Positions 37,020-45,418 of a DNA stretch of 46,644 nucleotides are shown here, piece after piece (position 1 is the first letter of the stretch; every line of letters begins with the position of its first letter). A model generated the notes under the pieces. That model ran no database searches. It had not been told where the DNA came from and was given only the letters and a program-made list of their open reading frames with translations. The translations under genes and the position numbers were made by a program. Origin of the DNA: Promethearchaeati archaeon (GTDB lineage Archaea; Asgardarchaeota; Heimdallarchaeia; JABLTI01); the NCBI GenBank assembly GCA_013166835.1, contig JABLTI010000018.1, forward strand, positions 1 to 46,644, in the 5' to 3' direction.

Positions 37020-38381
37020 ATGAGCTTTGATACATTAAAAGATGATTTATTATTTTTGACAGATGCTGGTTTGAAATATGCTAAAAGCAAAGGTGCAGAA
37101 CAAACAGAGATCTTTGTTAGTAGTCAAAAATCAATCAACGTAATAAATCAATCAGGTATGATTAATGCTATAGATGGACGAAATGAAGGTATTGGTGTAC
37201 GAATTGCCCAAGGTAAGAGGCTTGGTTTTGCTGCAATGAGTAGTTTAACAGAAAAAGCATTACAGTATGCAATAGATGAAGCTTTAAGCGTTGCGAAATC
37301 GGTTAAACAAGATAATGAAGGATTCGAAAAATTTGCTGATAAAATGAAACCAGCAAAAGATGGAATTATTGATCCTAAAATCGTTTCTTTATCTACTGAG
37401 GATATAGTAAATAATACAAGTAAATCCTTTACAACCTCAAAAGAATTTGATTCAAGAATTATTTCAGCGACTGCTCGAACAACCTCGACATATGGAGGAT
37501 ATGCTATAGCTAATTCTGAAGGGACTATTGGCTCAACAAGCTACACTGCTTATATCATGGTTAATTTTGTAACTGCAATGGAAGGACAACAACGCAAAAG
37601 TGCTTTTGATTTCTCAGTAACACGAAATGTTCCTGAAAACAAAAACATTGGCAAAAATTGCTCAGAAAAAGCTATAAAACTCCTTGATTCAAAACCACTT
37701 GGTTTTACAGGTGTTCTACCAACAGTATGGAATCCAATTGTTATGTCAAGTTATTGGCAAACATCTCTAGCAAATTCAGTTAATGGTCGACAAGTCGTTG
37801 AAAAAAATAGCTACTTCATGGATAAACTTGGTGATAAAGTAGGCATTCAAGATTTAACAATAACCGACGATGGTCAATTGCCAGAAGGTTTGAATACCTC
37901 AGAGATTGACTTCGAAGGCGTTCCAAGACAAACCACAAATATCATTGAAAAAGGCGTTCTACGCTCTTTCTTGTATGATAGTTATTATGGACGAATAGGC
38001 AAAGCAAAAAGTACTGGAAATGCAAATCGAGGTCAAGATTACGAAAGCACACCTGGTATATCACCAACAACAATCGTCATTCAACCTGGAACAAAAAGCT
38101 TTGAAGAAATAATTTCTGGAATTGATAAAGGTGTTTACATCATGGATTCAGTCATGGGTATGATACATTCAAATGTAATCTCGGGAGATTTTTCAGTTGT
38201 AGCAACTTCTGCTTACTTAATTGAGAACGGTGAAATCACACATCCATTGAATCCTATCACAGTCGCAGGTAACTTTTACAAAAGCTACCAAAACATCCGA
38301 AACATTGGTTCTGATTCGAAACTACTTCCTGCTGTGAAGACACCAACAATTGCATTCGATGGTTTTACTGTTAATGGATGA
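37020..38381 (+). CDS. pmbA: TldE/PmbA partner subunit
   Basis: GIGVRI, DFEGVP, STGNA, SGDFS, TVAGN; no HExxxH; ATG immediately follows the tldD stop. Confidence 0.9.
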   Translation: MSFDTLKDDLLFLTDAGLKYAKSKGAEQTEIFVSSQKSINVINQSGMINAIDGRNEGIGVRIAQGKRLGFAAMSSLTEKALQYAIDEALSVAKSVKQDNEGFEKFADKMKPAKDGIIDPKIVSLSTEDIVNNTSKSFTTSKEFDSRIISATARTTSTYGGYAIANSEGTIGSTSYTAYIMVNFVTAMEGQQRKSAFDFSVTRNVPENKNIGKNCSEKAIKLLDSKPLGFTGVLPTVWNPIVMSSYWQTSLANSVNGRQVVEKNSYFMDKLGDKVGIQDLTITDDGQLPEGLNTSEIDFEGVPRQTTNIIEKGVLRSFLYDSYYGRIGKAKSTGNANRGQDYESTPGISPTTIVIQPGTKSFEEIISGIDKGVYIMDSVMGMIHSNVISGDFSVVATSAYLIENGEITHPLNPITVAGNFYKSYQNIRNIGSDSKLLPAVKTPTIAFDGFTVNG

Positions 38382-38387
38382 TAAACT

Positions 38388-38412
38388 AACCTCGGTTACA
38401 CTGAGGTTTTTT
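38388..38412 (+). terminator. Hairpin plus U-tract after the tldD-pmbA operon
   Basis: AACCTCGG-TTACA-CTGAGGTT followed by TTTT. Confidence 0.65.
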
Positions 38413-38640
38413 CTTATTTTTTTATAGTATATCTTTGTATTTAGGACATTTTTTCTGATTTTTTTTTCAAGTTTTCTAAGCAAAAAGGGTAGATATTAAT
38501 GAAATAGAAATATTCTTCATAGAATTCATTTTCTCGATAAACCCAAATTAAATTCTTTTGATCCCACAAATTTATTTTCTCTTAAATACAATAAAACTAC
38601 ATTTTAAGTAAATAGTAGTTTTTGAAAAAATAGAAAAAAA

Positions 38641-39474
38641 CTAAAAGTCATCTCGTAAGCTTAATTTCTCGAGTAGATTTTTATGATCAGTTATGTATTT
38701 CAAAATTAAATCTTGGAGATTATGAATATCAGTATGTAATTCCCTAATTTCTAGCTTTAAATGATTGATTTCTAATTCGAATCTTCTCAAACGTTTTTCA
38801 ACAATACTCTCAAGTGCTTTATCTTTAACATCTGCTTTTGAAGGTAGAAATTCAGGTTCTTTAGGCTTAGATGGAGCTTTTATCATAAGCTTATCTTTAA
38901 CTTCCTTTGCAAGATCCGCAATAATTGGTGACTCTTTACTATAAGCAACAAGTAATTCATAAGTTAGTTTTTTGAAAAGTGAATCAATATTCTCACCAGT
39001 CAATGCACTAGTAGAGATATGTAATATATTGTGACCCATCTCTTTTGATAACTCTTGTTGTATTTTTTTCAAAAGACCATCATTTGATTTCTTCTGGTCT
39101 TTTAAATCAATTTTATTGCCAACAATAACGAATGTTTCTAATGTTCCATCATTATTCTTTTTGGCTTCCCTGATCCATTTTGGTATATTTCTCAAAGTAT
39201 TATTGTCAGTTATATCATAAACAAGAATTGCTGCTTGAACTCCGGAGTAGAAAGAAGCTCTAACTTTATCGAATTTTTGTTGTCCTGCCAAATCAAAAAT
39301 CTGATATTGTACGGAAAGATCCTTTGATATTTTCAATCTTTTAGTAGCAAAATCGGCTCCTATAGTGTATATATATTCTTTAATTGTTGTTTCTCCCAAG
39401 TATTTTCTTCGAATACTTGTTTTCCCAACAGCTGGATCTCCAATGATGACTAATTTAAATATCAATTTTACCAT
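38641..39474 (-). CDS. Rab-like small GTPase with C-terminal coiled-coil extension
   Basis: GDPAVGKT, TIGADF, FDLAGQ, FYSG, LVYDIT, GNKIDL, TSALTG; ~100-aa extension with heptads. Confidence 0.9.
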   Translation of the reverse strand: MVKLIFKLVIIGDPAVGKTSIRRKYLGETTIKEYIYTIGADFATKRLKISKDLSVQYQIFDLAGQQKFDKVRASFYSGVQAAILVYDITDNNTLRNIPKWIREAKKNNDGTLETFVIVGNKIDLKDQKKSNDGLLKKIQQELSKEMGHNILHISTSALTGENIDSLFKKLTYELLVAYSKESPIIADLAKEVKDKLMIKAPSKPKEPEFLPSKADVKDKALESIVEKRLRRFELEINHLKLEIRELHTDIHNLQDLILKYITDHKNLLEKLSLRDDF

Positions 39475-39502
39475 TTAATCCTCACCTAAACATGAGCTAC
39501 AT

Positions 39503-40291
39503 TTATCCTTGCAATAAACCCTTTATTTCTTTGATCTTCTGATCTTTTTTCTCTATTTCTTTTTGTAGATGAACTATGTAATCACTTTGTTCTTTTAATT
39601 TATCATTTTGTTGTTTTAGTTTTTCACTTACTTCTTTTAGCAATCTCGTTCTTTCATCAACTTCGTGTTTAAGATCTTCAATATGTTTATTCAAATTTAA
39701 TAGCTCAACAGATTCAGATTGTGTTTCAACTACAGGAGTAGCAACTGTATCTGTTCCACTTAAAGATAATTTGCTCTTTAAAATTTGGATTTGATCTTCT
39801 AATTCTTTAATTGTGTCTGCCTTTTCATCAAGTTCCTTTTGCTTATACATGATTTTATCCTGAAAGCTTTTCCCTAGCATCTGTTGTACTTCTATATTTT
39901 CCTTTTCTCTTTTACCAGTTATAGATCGTAGTCTTTGAAAGTCTCTATCTCGAATTGATAATTCTTGTTCTAAATTTCCCCTTTCCAAGTCGAATGCTTT
40001 GAGTTTTGAATCTAGTTCATTTAATCTATACACTAAAGCTTCTGTTGATTTTGGATCTAATTCCTCAACATGATTTCCTTGAAGATTTTTCGTTAATGCT
40101 TTGTACCATATGAACAGAACATCTTGAATCAAAGGATGCATATTTTGCCAATTTGTAACTACTATTACCCAAAAATATGATCCAGGAATATCGGGATCAA
40201 TTCTTTCTGAAGGTGGATTTACGCTTTCTGGATTACGCCTTTTATATTCATCCAAGGTATCCCATAAAGTCGATCTTTGAGCAGAATTCAT
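39503..40291 (-). CDS. Coiled-coil protein, co-transcribed with the Rab-like gene
   Basis: Small Trp-rich N-domain followed by long E/K/L/Q heptad segments; 28-bp gap to the GTPase, which has an AGGTGAGG SD. Confidence 0.8.
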   Translation of the reverse strand: MNSAQRSTLWDTLDEYKRRNPESVNPPSERIDPDIPGSYFWVIVVTNWQNMHPLIQDVLFIWYKALTKNLQGNHVEELDPKSTEALVYRLNELDSKLKAFDLERGNLEQELSIRDRDFQRLRSITGKREKENIEVQQMLGKSFQDKIMYKQKELDEKADTIKELEDQIQILKSKLSLSGTDTVATPVVETQSESVELLNLNKHIEDLKHEVDERTRLLKEVSEKLKQQNDKLKEQSDYIVHLQKEIEKKDQKIKEIKGLLQG

Positions 40292-40381
40292 AAAATCACC
40301 GGTTCTCGAACTCAGTATTTTAGTTATAGCGGGATGTAGTCTTTAAACATTATTAATAGTGTAAAACTCGACACAAAAAAC

Positions 40382-41152
40382 CTAAATTTTCAAATTAAAA
40401 ATCTTAATAGCATTATTGGTAGTTACGTTAGCAACTTCGTTTTCGGGAAGTTCTTTTATTTTTGCAATCTCTTTGACAGCATAAATTACATTTGCAGGTT
40501 CATTTCTTTTCTTTTCGGGGAATGGTGAAAGATAAGGAGAATCAGTTTCTGTTATTAGATTTTCTAAGGGAACAGTTTCTGCTAATCTTCTGTATTTCTT
40601 CCTGTTCGTAACAGCTGTTGGTATGGAAATGTAATATCCTCGGTCTACACACTCTAAAGCTGTCTCGACATCACCTGAGAAACTATGCATAATTACAGGA
40701 GTTTCTGCAATGGATAAGATATCAACTGAATCCTTCTCAGCATCTCTGCTATGAACGGTTAATGGTAAATTTAACTTGTTTGCTAACTTGATAAATCGCT
40801 TGAATATCTCATGTTGCTTGGTTCTTAGAATTTGTTTTTTCACCCAATAATAATCTAAACCAACTTCACCAATACCAACTATCTCTTCTTTTTCAGCATG
40901 TTCTTTTATATTGACAATCACACTTTCAATATCTATTTCATGATAATTAGCAGGCGGAGCTCCAAGGGTAACAAAAATTTTCTCTGAATACCTTTTATGA
41001 AACCGAATTGATTGTAAATAATCATCAATATATACTGGAGAATCAATTAATGCAACAACATTGTTTTCCTGTACATGTTGAAGAATGGTATTGAGTTTTA
41101 ATCCTCTTTTCAAGGTATGATTTAAGTGACAATGGGTATCAATTGCTTTCAA
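40382..41152 (-). CDS. tatD: TatD-family nuclease
   Basis: DTHCH, GEVGLDY, VHSR, MHSF, ETDSPYL, NEPAN. Confidence 0.95.
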   Translation of the reverse strand: MKAIDTHCHLNHTLKRGLKLNTILQHVQENNVVALIDSPVYIDDYLQSIRFHKRYSEKIFVTLGAPPANYHEIDIESVIVNIKEHAEKEEIVGIGEVGLDYYWVKKQILRTKQHEIFKRFIKLANKLNLPLTVHSRDAEKDSVDILSIAETPVIMHSFSGDVETALECVDRGYYISIPTAVTNRKKYRRLAETVPLENLITETDSPYLSPFPEKKRNEPANVIYAVKEIAKIKELPENEVANVTTNNAIKIFNLKI

Positions 41153-41174
41153 TAGTATCTCTCCTTTTTCACAT

Positions 41175-42185
41175 TTACACTAATCCTAGCTTCTCTTTAT
41201 CTTCCAATAACATAAGAACACCAAACCATGTTTTCTTGAATCCTAATTTTTCATAAAGATTTATGGCTGGTAGGTTTTCATGATCAACACCAAGAACTAT
41301 TTCTTTGATACCTTGCATTTTCATCTGAATAATATAATTTGTAATCAAACTCTGAGCAATCTTTAATTTTCTAAATTTAGGAATAACCCCTATCTCTAAG
41401 ATCATTCCTTTATTTCTTGATGTCGCGGTCATTAATCCCGCACATAATTCTTTCTTATATTTCGCGACAATACATTGAATACTAAAACCAATGTCTTCAA
41501 CAGTTTTTTTTGTTCTTTCAAGAAAATGTTTTGTAATTTCTGGATTATCAAGATGTTCTATTGTATGTAATTTATCCAGAGAGATTCCATATGAAGAACT
41601 AATAGCTTTTACTAATTCAGGACTTACCTTTTGACTTGATTTTGTTTTTAATCCCTTCAAAACAACTTCATTTTCTATATTGATATGCTCGAGAATACAA
41701 TTCATTTCTAATCTATCTGATTTTTTTCTGAATCCGATTTTCTCATAAAATTTCTGATAAAGACTGATCTCTCTTTTATCCATTGACCAACATTCAGTCC
41801 AGCAATCTGAAAACCCTTTAGCAAATGCTTGTTGAAAGCCTTCTTTAACTAATAGTTTACCAATCCCTTTCCGTTGAAATTTCGGTAAAATAAGAGGGAA
41901 ATGACTTAGAATTTTTATTGCATCAGGAACCCAATATTCATCAAAACGAATTATTCCAATTGGTTTATCTGAAATATAGGCAATTAGAAATAGCTCGGCA
42001 TCTGATTTTGTATTAATATCTTGAGTTATAGAAATCGAAACATCAAGTTCTGAAATATTTTGTTCTTTAAAATAACGTGCCATCCATTGACAATTATTCA
42101 TACCCTTGATGAATATATTAGCCCAATCTGCTGCATGAGCTGGGGTTGCATTTTCAAAGAATATCTCTTCTGGATTAATTTTCAA
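41175..42185 (-). CDS. Tandem GNAT acetyltransferase
   Basis: Two acetyl-CoA motifs: PKFQRKGIG...FYEKIGF and PKFRKLKIA...NLPAINLYEKLGF. Confidence 0.85.
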   Translation of the reverse strand: MKINPEEIFFENATPAHAADWANIFIKGMNNCQWMARYFKEQNISELDVSISITQDINTKSDAELFLIAYISDKPIGIIRFDEYWVPDAIKILSHFPLILPKFQRKGIGKLLVKEGFQQAFAKGFSDCWTECWSMDKREISLYQKFYEKIGFRKKSDRLEMNCILEHINIENEVVLKGLKTKSSQKVSPELVKAISSSYGISLDKLHTIEHLDNPEITKHFLERTKKTVEDIGFSIQCIVAKYKKELCAGLMTATSRNKGMILEIGVIPKFRKLKIAQSLITNYIIQMKMQGIKEIVLGVDHENLPAINLYEKLGFKKTWFGVLMLLEDKEKLGLV

Positions 42186-42385
42186 TTTTCATTGTCCTCT
42201 TATTGCATACAATCATTCATTTTACATCTAAAAAATTATTCCATAAGCAAATAAACTAGTCGTTTAACAACCATGTTTTTTTTTAAAGAATAGTTAAGTC
42301 TATAAATAGAACTAGTTAAAATTTCTAAGAGAATTTGTATATTGCTAGTTAAAACAAATTACTACACGATGAGGTATTATTTTCA

Positions 42386-43525
42386 ATGATAAAATTCGTA
42401 GACCCTCAAGTAGGGAAAGAAGAAAAAGAAGCTCTAAATGCTGTAATAGATTCAAAATATCTTGCAGAAGGACCAGTTGCTAGAGATTTTGAGAAAAGAT
42501 TTTGTGAATTTGTAGGATCCAAATATGCTATTGTAACATCAAATGGAACTACTGCATTACATTTGGCATTAGAAGCATCAGGGATTAAACCCGGTGATGA
42601 AGTAATAACTACACCTTTCACCTTTATTGCATCAAGTAATAGTATCTTGTTTAATGGTGCAATTCCTATTTTTGCAGACATTGATCCAGAAACATACAAT
42701 ATAGATCCTGAAAAAGTGGAAGAAAAAATCACTAAAAAGACAAAAGCAATTTTACCTGTTCATATTTTTGGTAATCCGTGCGACATGAAAGCTCTTACAG
42801 ATGTTGCAACAGATCACGATCTCCTTATCTTAGAAGATGCTTGCCAATCACATGGTTCATACTTTGATGGAAAGCACACAGGAACAATTGGTGAGGTTGG
42901 GTGCTTCTCATTCTATGCTTCTAAAAACCTTCCATTTGGTGAGGGTGGCGCGATAGTTACAGATAATGAAGAATTAAAAGATGAAATCTTGTGTCTCAGA
43001 AATCATGGTAGAACACCAAAAGGTGGTTATTTCCATACAAAAATTGGTTATAATTATAGGACTTCAAATATTCATGCAGCGATTGGTGTTGAACAAATGA
43101 AAAAATTACCTGCAATGCTTGAAGCAAGGAAAAGAAATGCCAATATTCTTCTTAAAGAATTATCTGATTTAGATGGCTTCGCAATGCAAAAAATCTATGA
43201 TAAAGCACAACATGGTTGGTATATTGCTGCTGGAAGAACTGATAAAAAAGATTTACCTGTAACAAAAGTCATTGAAGAATTAAAAGCTAATAATATTGGT
43301 TCACGACAGATTTACAATGTTCCTTCATATAAACAACCAGCGTATACGGACATTAACAATTATTATTATTGGTCAGAATTCATTAAATTCCCAGATTATA
43401 GTAAAGTTAGTTGTCCAGTTGCTGAGAGAATTGGGAAGGATCACTTCCAAATACCTATCAATCCTGGTGTTAGCGAAGAAGATATGCAACATATTGTTGC
43501 TACTTTAAGGAAAATATTCTCTTAG
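42386..43525 (+). CDS. DegT/DnrJ/EryC1/StrS sugar aminotransferase
   Basis: SNGTTALHLAL, TFIAS, EDACQSHG, SFYASKNL (PLP Lys), GEGG, GYNYR. Confidence 0.95.
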   Translation: MIKFVDPQVGKEEKEALNAVIDSKYLAEGPVARDFEKRFCEFVGSKYAIVTSNGTTALHLALEASGIKPGDEVITTPFTFIASSNSILFNGAIPIFADIDPETYNIDPEKVEEKITKKTKAILPVHIFGNPCDMKALTDVATDHDLLILEDACQSHGSYFDGKHTGTIGEVGCFSFYASKNLPFGEGGAIVTDNEELKDEILCLRNHGRTPKGGYFHTKIGYNYRTSNIHAAIGVEQMKKLPAMLEARKRNANILLKELSDLDGFAMQKIYDKAQHGWYIAAGRTDKKDLPVTKVIEELKANNIGSRQIYNVPSYKQPAYTDINNYYYWSEFIKFPDYSKVSCPVAERIGKDHFQIPINPGVSEEDMQHIVATLRKIFS

Positions 43526-43537
43526 AAGAGTATTTTT

Positions 43538-43912
43538 CTATTCCTTTTTATTTTCCCTGTAATTTTCAATTGCTTTATGTAAAGCATCTACAGCTAAATT
43601 ACTACAATGCATTTTATGTGGTGGCAAACCATCTAGTTCTTGTGCTACATCATTTCTTGTCATTTTCATAGCATCGTCTAAGGACTTCCCCAAGGCCATA
43701 ACGGTTGTTACACTACTTGTAGCAATTGCTGAGGCACATCCAAAAGTTCTGAACTTAATATCATCAATTTTATCATCTTTCACTTTGATGGTAATTTCCA
43801 TGGTATCCCCGCACTTTGGGTTGCCAACAATACCTTTTCCATCAGGATCCTCTATTACCCCTACATTCTTGGGTTTAGTGAAATGTTCCATTACTTTTTT
43901 GCTATATAACAT
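43538..43912 (-). CDS. iscU: Fe-S scaffold IscU/NifU-N
   Basis: YSKKVMEHF..PKNVG, GNPKCGD, FGCASAIA, LPPHKMHCS. Confidence 0.95.
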   Translation of the reverse strand: MLYSKKVMEHFTKPKNVGVIEDPDGKGIVGNPKCGDTMEITIKVKDDKIDDIKFRTFGCASAIATSSVTTVMALGKSLDDAMKMTRNDVAQELDGLPPHKMHCSNLAVDALHKAIENYRENKKE

Positions 43913-43973
43913 TATTTCTTACCTACTCACATACAGTTCTTAATTGTGTTTTAAATATTTATTCTATATTTAA

Positions 43974-45203
43974 CTAAGTTTCACAATGATCGTCATCATG
44001 TTCATCTTTCAAACTCATAACATATTCTTCTGTTTCTTTTCTGAAGGCAGACATCTCTCTAAGTTCTTTAATTACCCGTGGAACTTCTTTTATGACATAA
44101 TCTACTTCTTTATCTGTATTCCATCTACCTAAAGTTAATCGTAGTGAACCATGTGCTACTTCATGTCTTAAACCAATAGCTAGTAAAACATGTGATGCTT
44201 CAAGTTTTTTGGTAGAACAAGCAGAACCAGTTGAGCCATAAATACCTATCGCATCTAGTCTTAAGATTAATGCTTCTCCTTCAACATATTTGAAGGATAT
44301 ATTTGCATTATGAGGTAATCGTATAGTTCTATGACCATTTAGTATTGTATCCTCGACTTTAAGCATGTTATCGATTATACGATCTCTCATTTTAGTGAGT
44401 TTTTCTTTCTCCTTCAACAGCTCTTTTTGTGCAATTTCAGCCGCTTTTCCTAGACCAACTATTCCAGATACGTTCTCAGTACCTGATCGATAACCCTTTT
44501 CATGTCCACCGCCATGCATCAAAGGCTCGAATCTTATGCCTTGCCTCTTATAGAGAGCTCCTACACCTTTTGGACCATATAATTTATGAGAGCTCAAAGA
44601 TAGTAAATCGATATTTAATTTTTTAACATCAACAGGAATCTTACCTACGGTTTGAACAGCATCAGTATGGAATAATGCATCTGCATCATGAGCAATTTCT
44701 CCAATTTCCTTTACGGGTTCTATAGTACCAATTTCATTGTTCGCATGCATAATAGAAACAAGAGCTGTTTCACTAGAGATCTCTTTCTTAAGATCCTCTA
44801 AGCTAATTAAACCAAAATTATCAACAGGAAGATAGGTTACTCTAATACCTTGGGTTTCTAAAAATTCTGCCGTTCTTAAAATTGCAGGATGTTCGATAAC
44901 TGAAGTTATCATATGTTTTTTCTTATTTTTCTTTGCTAGCATAATTCCTTTTAATGCTGTATTATCACCTTCTGTTCCCCCAGAATTGAAAATAATTTCC
45001 CTATCGTGTTCAGCTCCGATGAGTTTCGCTACTCTTTCTCTTGCTTCTTGGACTGCCATTGCAGCATTTCGTCCATATTCATACATTTGAGAAGCATTAC
45101 CAAATTCATCTGAGAAAAACTTCATCATTTCTTTTCTTACTTCTGGATCTACTGCTGTTGTAGCTCCATGATCCATGTATACTCGCATTACTTCCTGTGA
45201 CAA
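43974..45203 (-). CDS. iscS: Cysteine desulfurase, group I (IscS/NifS)
   Basis: YMDHGATT, GNAS, SGGTE, HTDAVQ, SSHKLYGPKG, RSGTEN, STGSACS. Confidence 0.95.
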   Translation of the reverse strand: MSQEVMRVYMDHGATTAVDPEVRKEMMKFFSDEFGNASQMYEYGRNAAMAVQEARERVAKLIGAEHDREIIFNSGGTEGDNTALKGIMLAKKNKKKHMITSVIEHPAILRTAEFLETQGIRVTYLPVDNFGLISLEDLKKEISSETALVSIMHANNEIGTIEPVKEIGEIAHDADALFHTDAVQTVGKIPVDVKKLNIDLLSLSSHKLYGPKGVGALYKRQGIRFEPLMHGGGHEKGYRSGTENVSGIVGLGKAAEIAQKELLKEKEKLTKMRDRIIDNMLKVEDTILNGHRTIRLPHNANISFKYVEGEALILRLDAIGIYGSTGSACSTKKLEASHVLLAIGLRHEVAHGSLRLTLGRWNTDKEVDYVIKEVPRVIKELREMSAFRKETEEYVMSLKDEHDDDHCET

Positions 45204-45418
45204 CTAAATTACCTTCTTGAGTTTGTTAAGCTTACATCCTTTTTGAATAACAAAAAGGTGCTCATTAAATTTCTTAAGTTTTTGAGTCCCTAATCTTATC
45301 AAATAAAGGTAAAGATTGAATCCCACATCATGAAATAAACCTACTTTTAAAAAAATTTTTCATGTCTAGGGAAATCTTTAACATATTCTAATTCTAATTT
45401 GATTAAGGAGAGAATTGC

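Noticed and set aside
34561-38381. RiPP cluster (small Cys-rich peptide plus TldD/E)
   Set aside because: No YcaO, radical SAM or other maturase, and no transporter; TldD/E pairs are common housekeeping genes in archaea.
100-44626. Other short overlapping ORFs in the track (e.g. 100-351, 4208-5289, 11206-11814, 14695-15060, 25988-26530, 36050-37035, 42406-42732)
   Set aside because: All lie inside well-supported genes on another frame or strand, with no motifs or SD signals.
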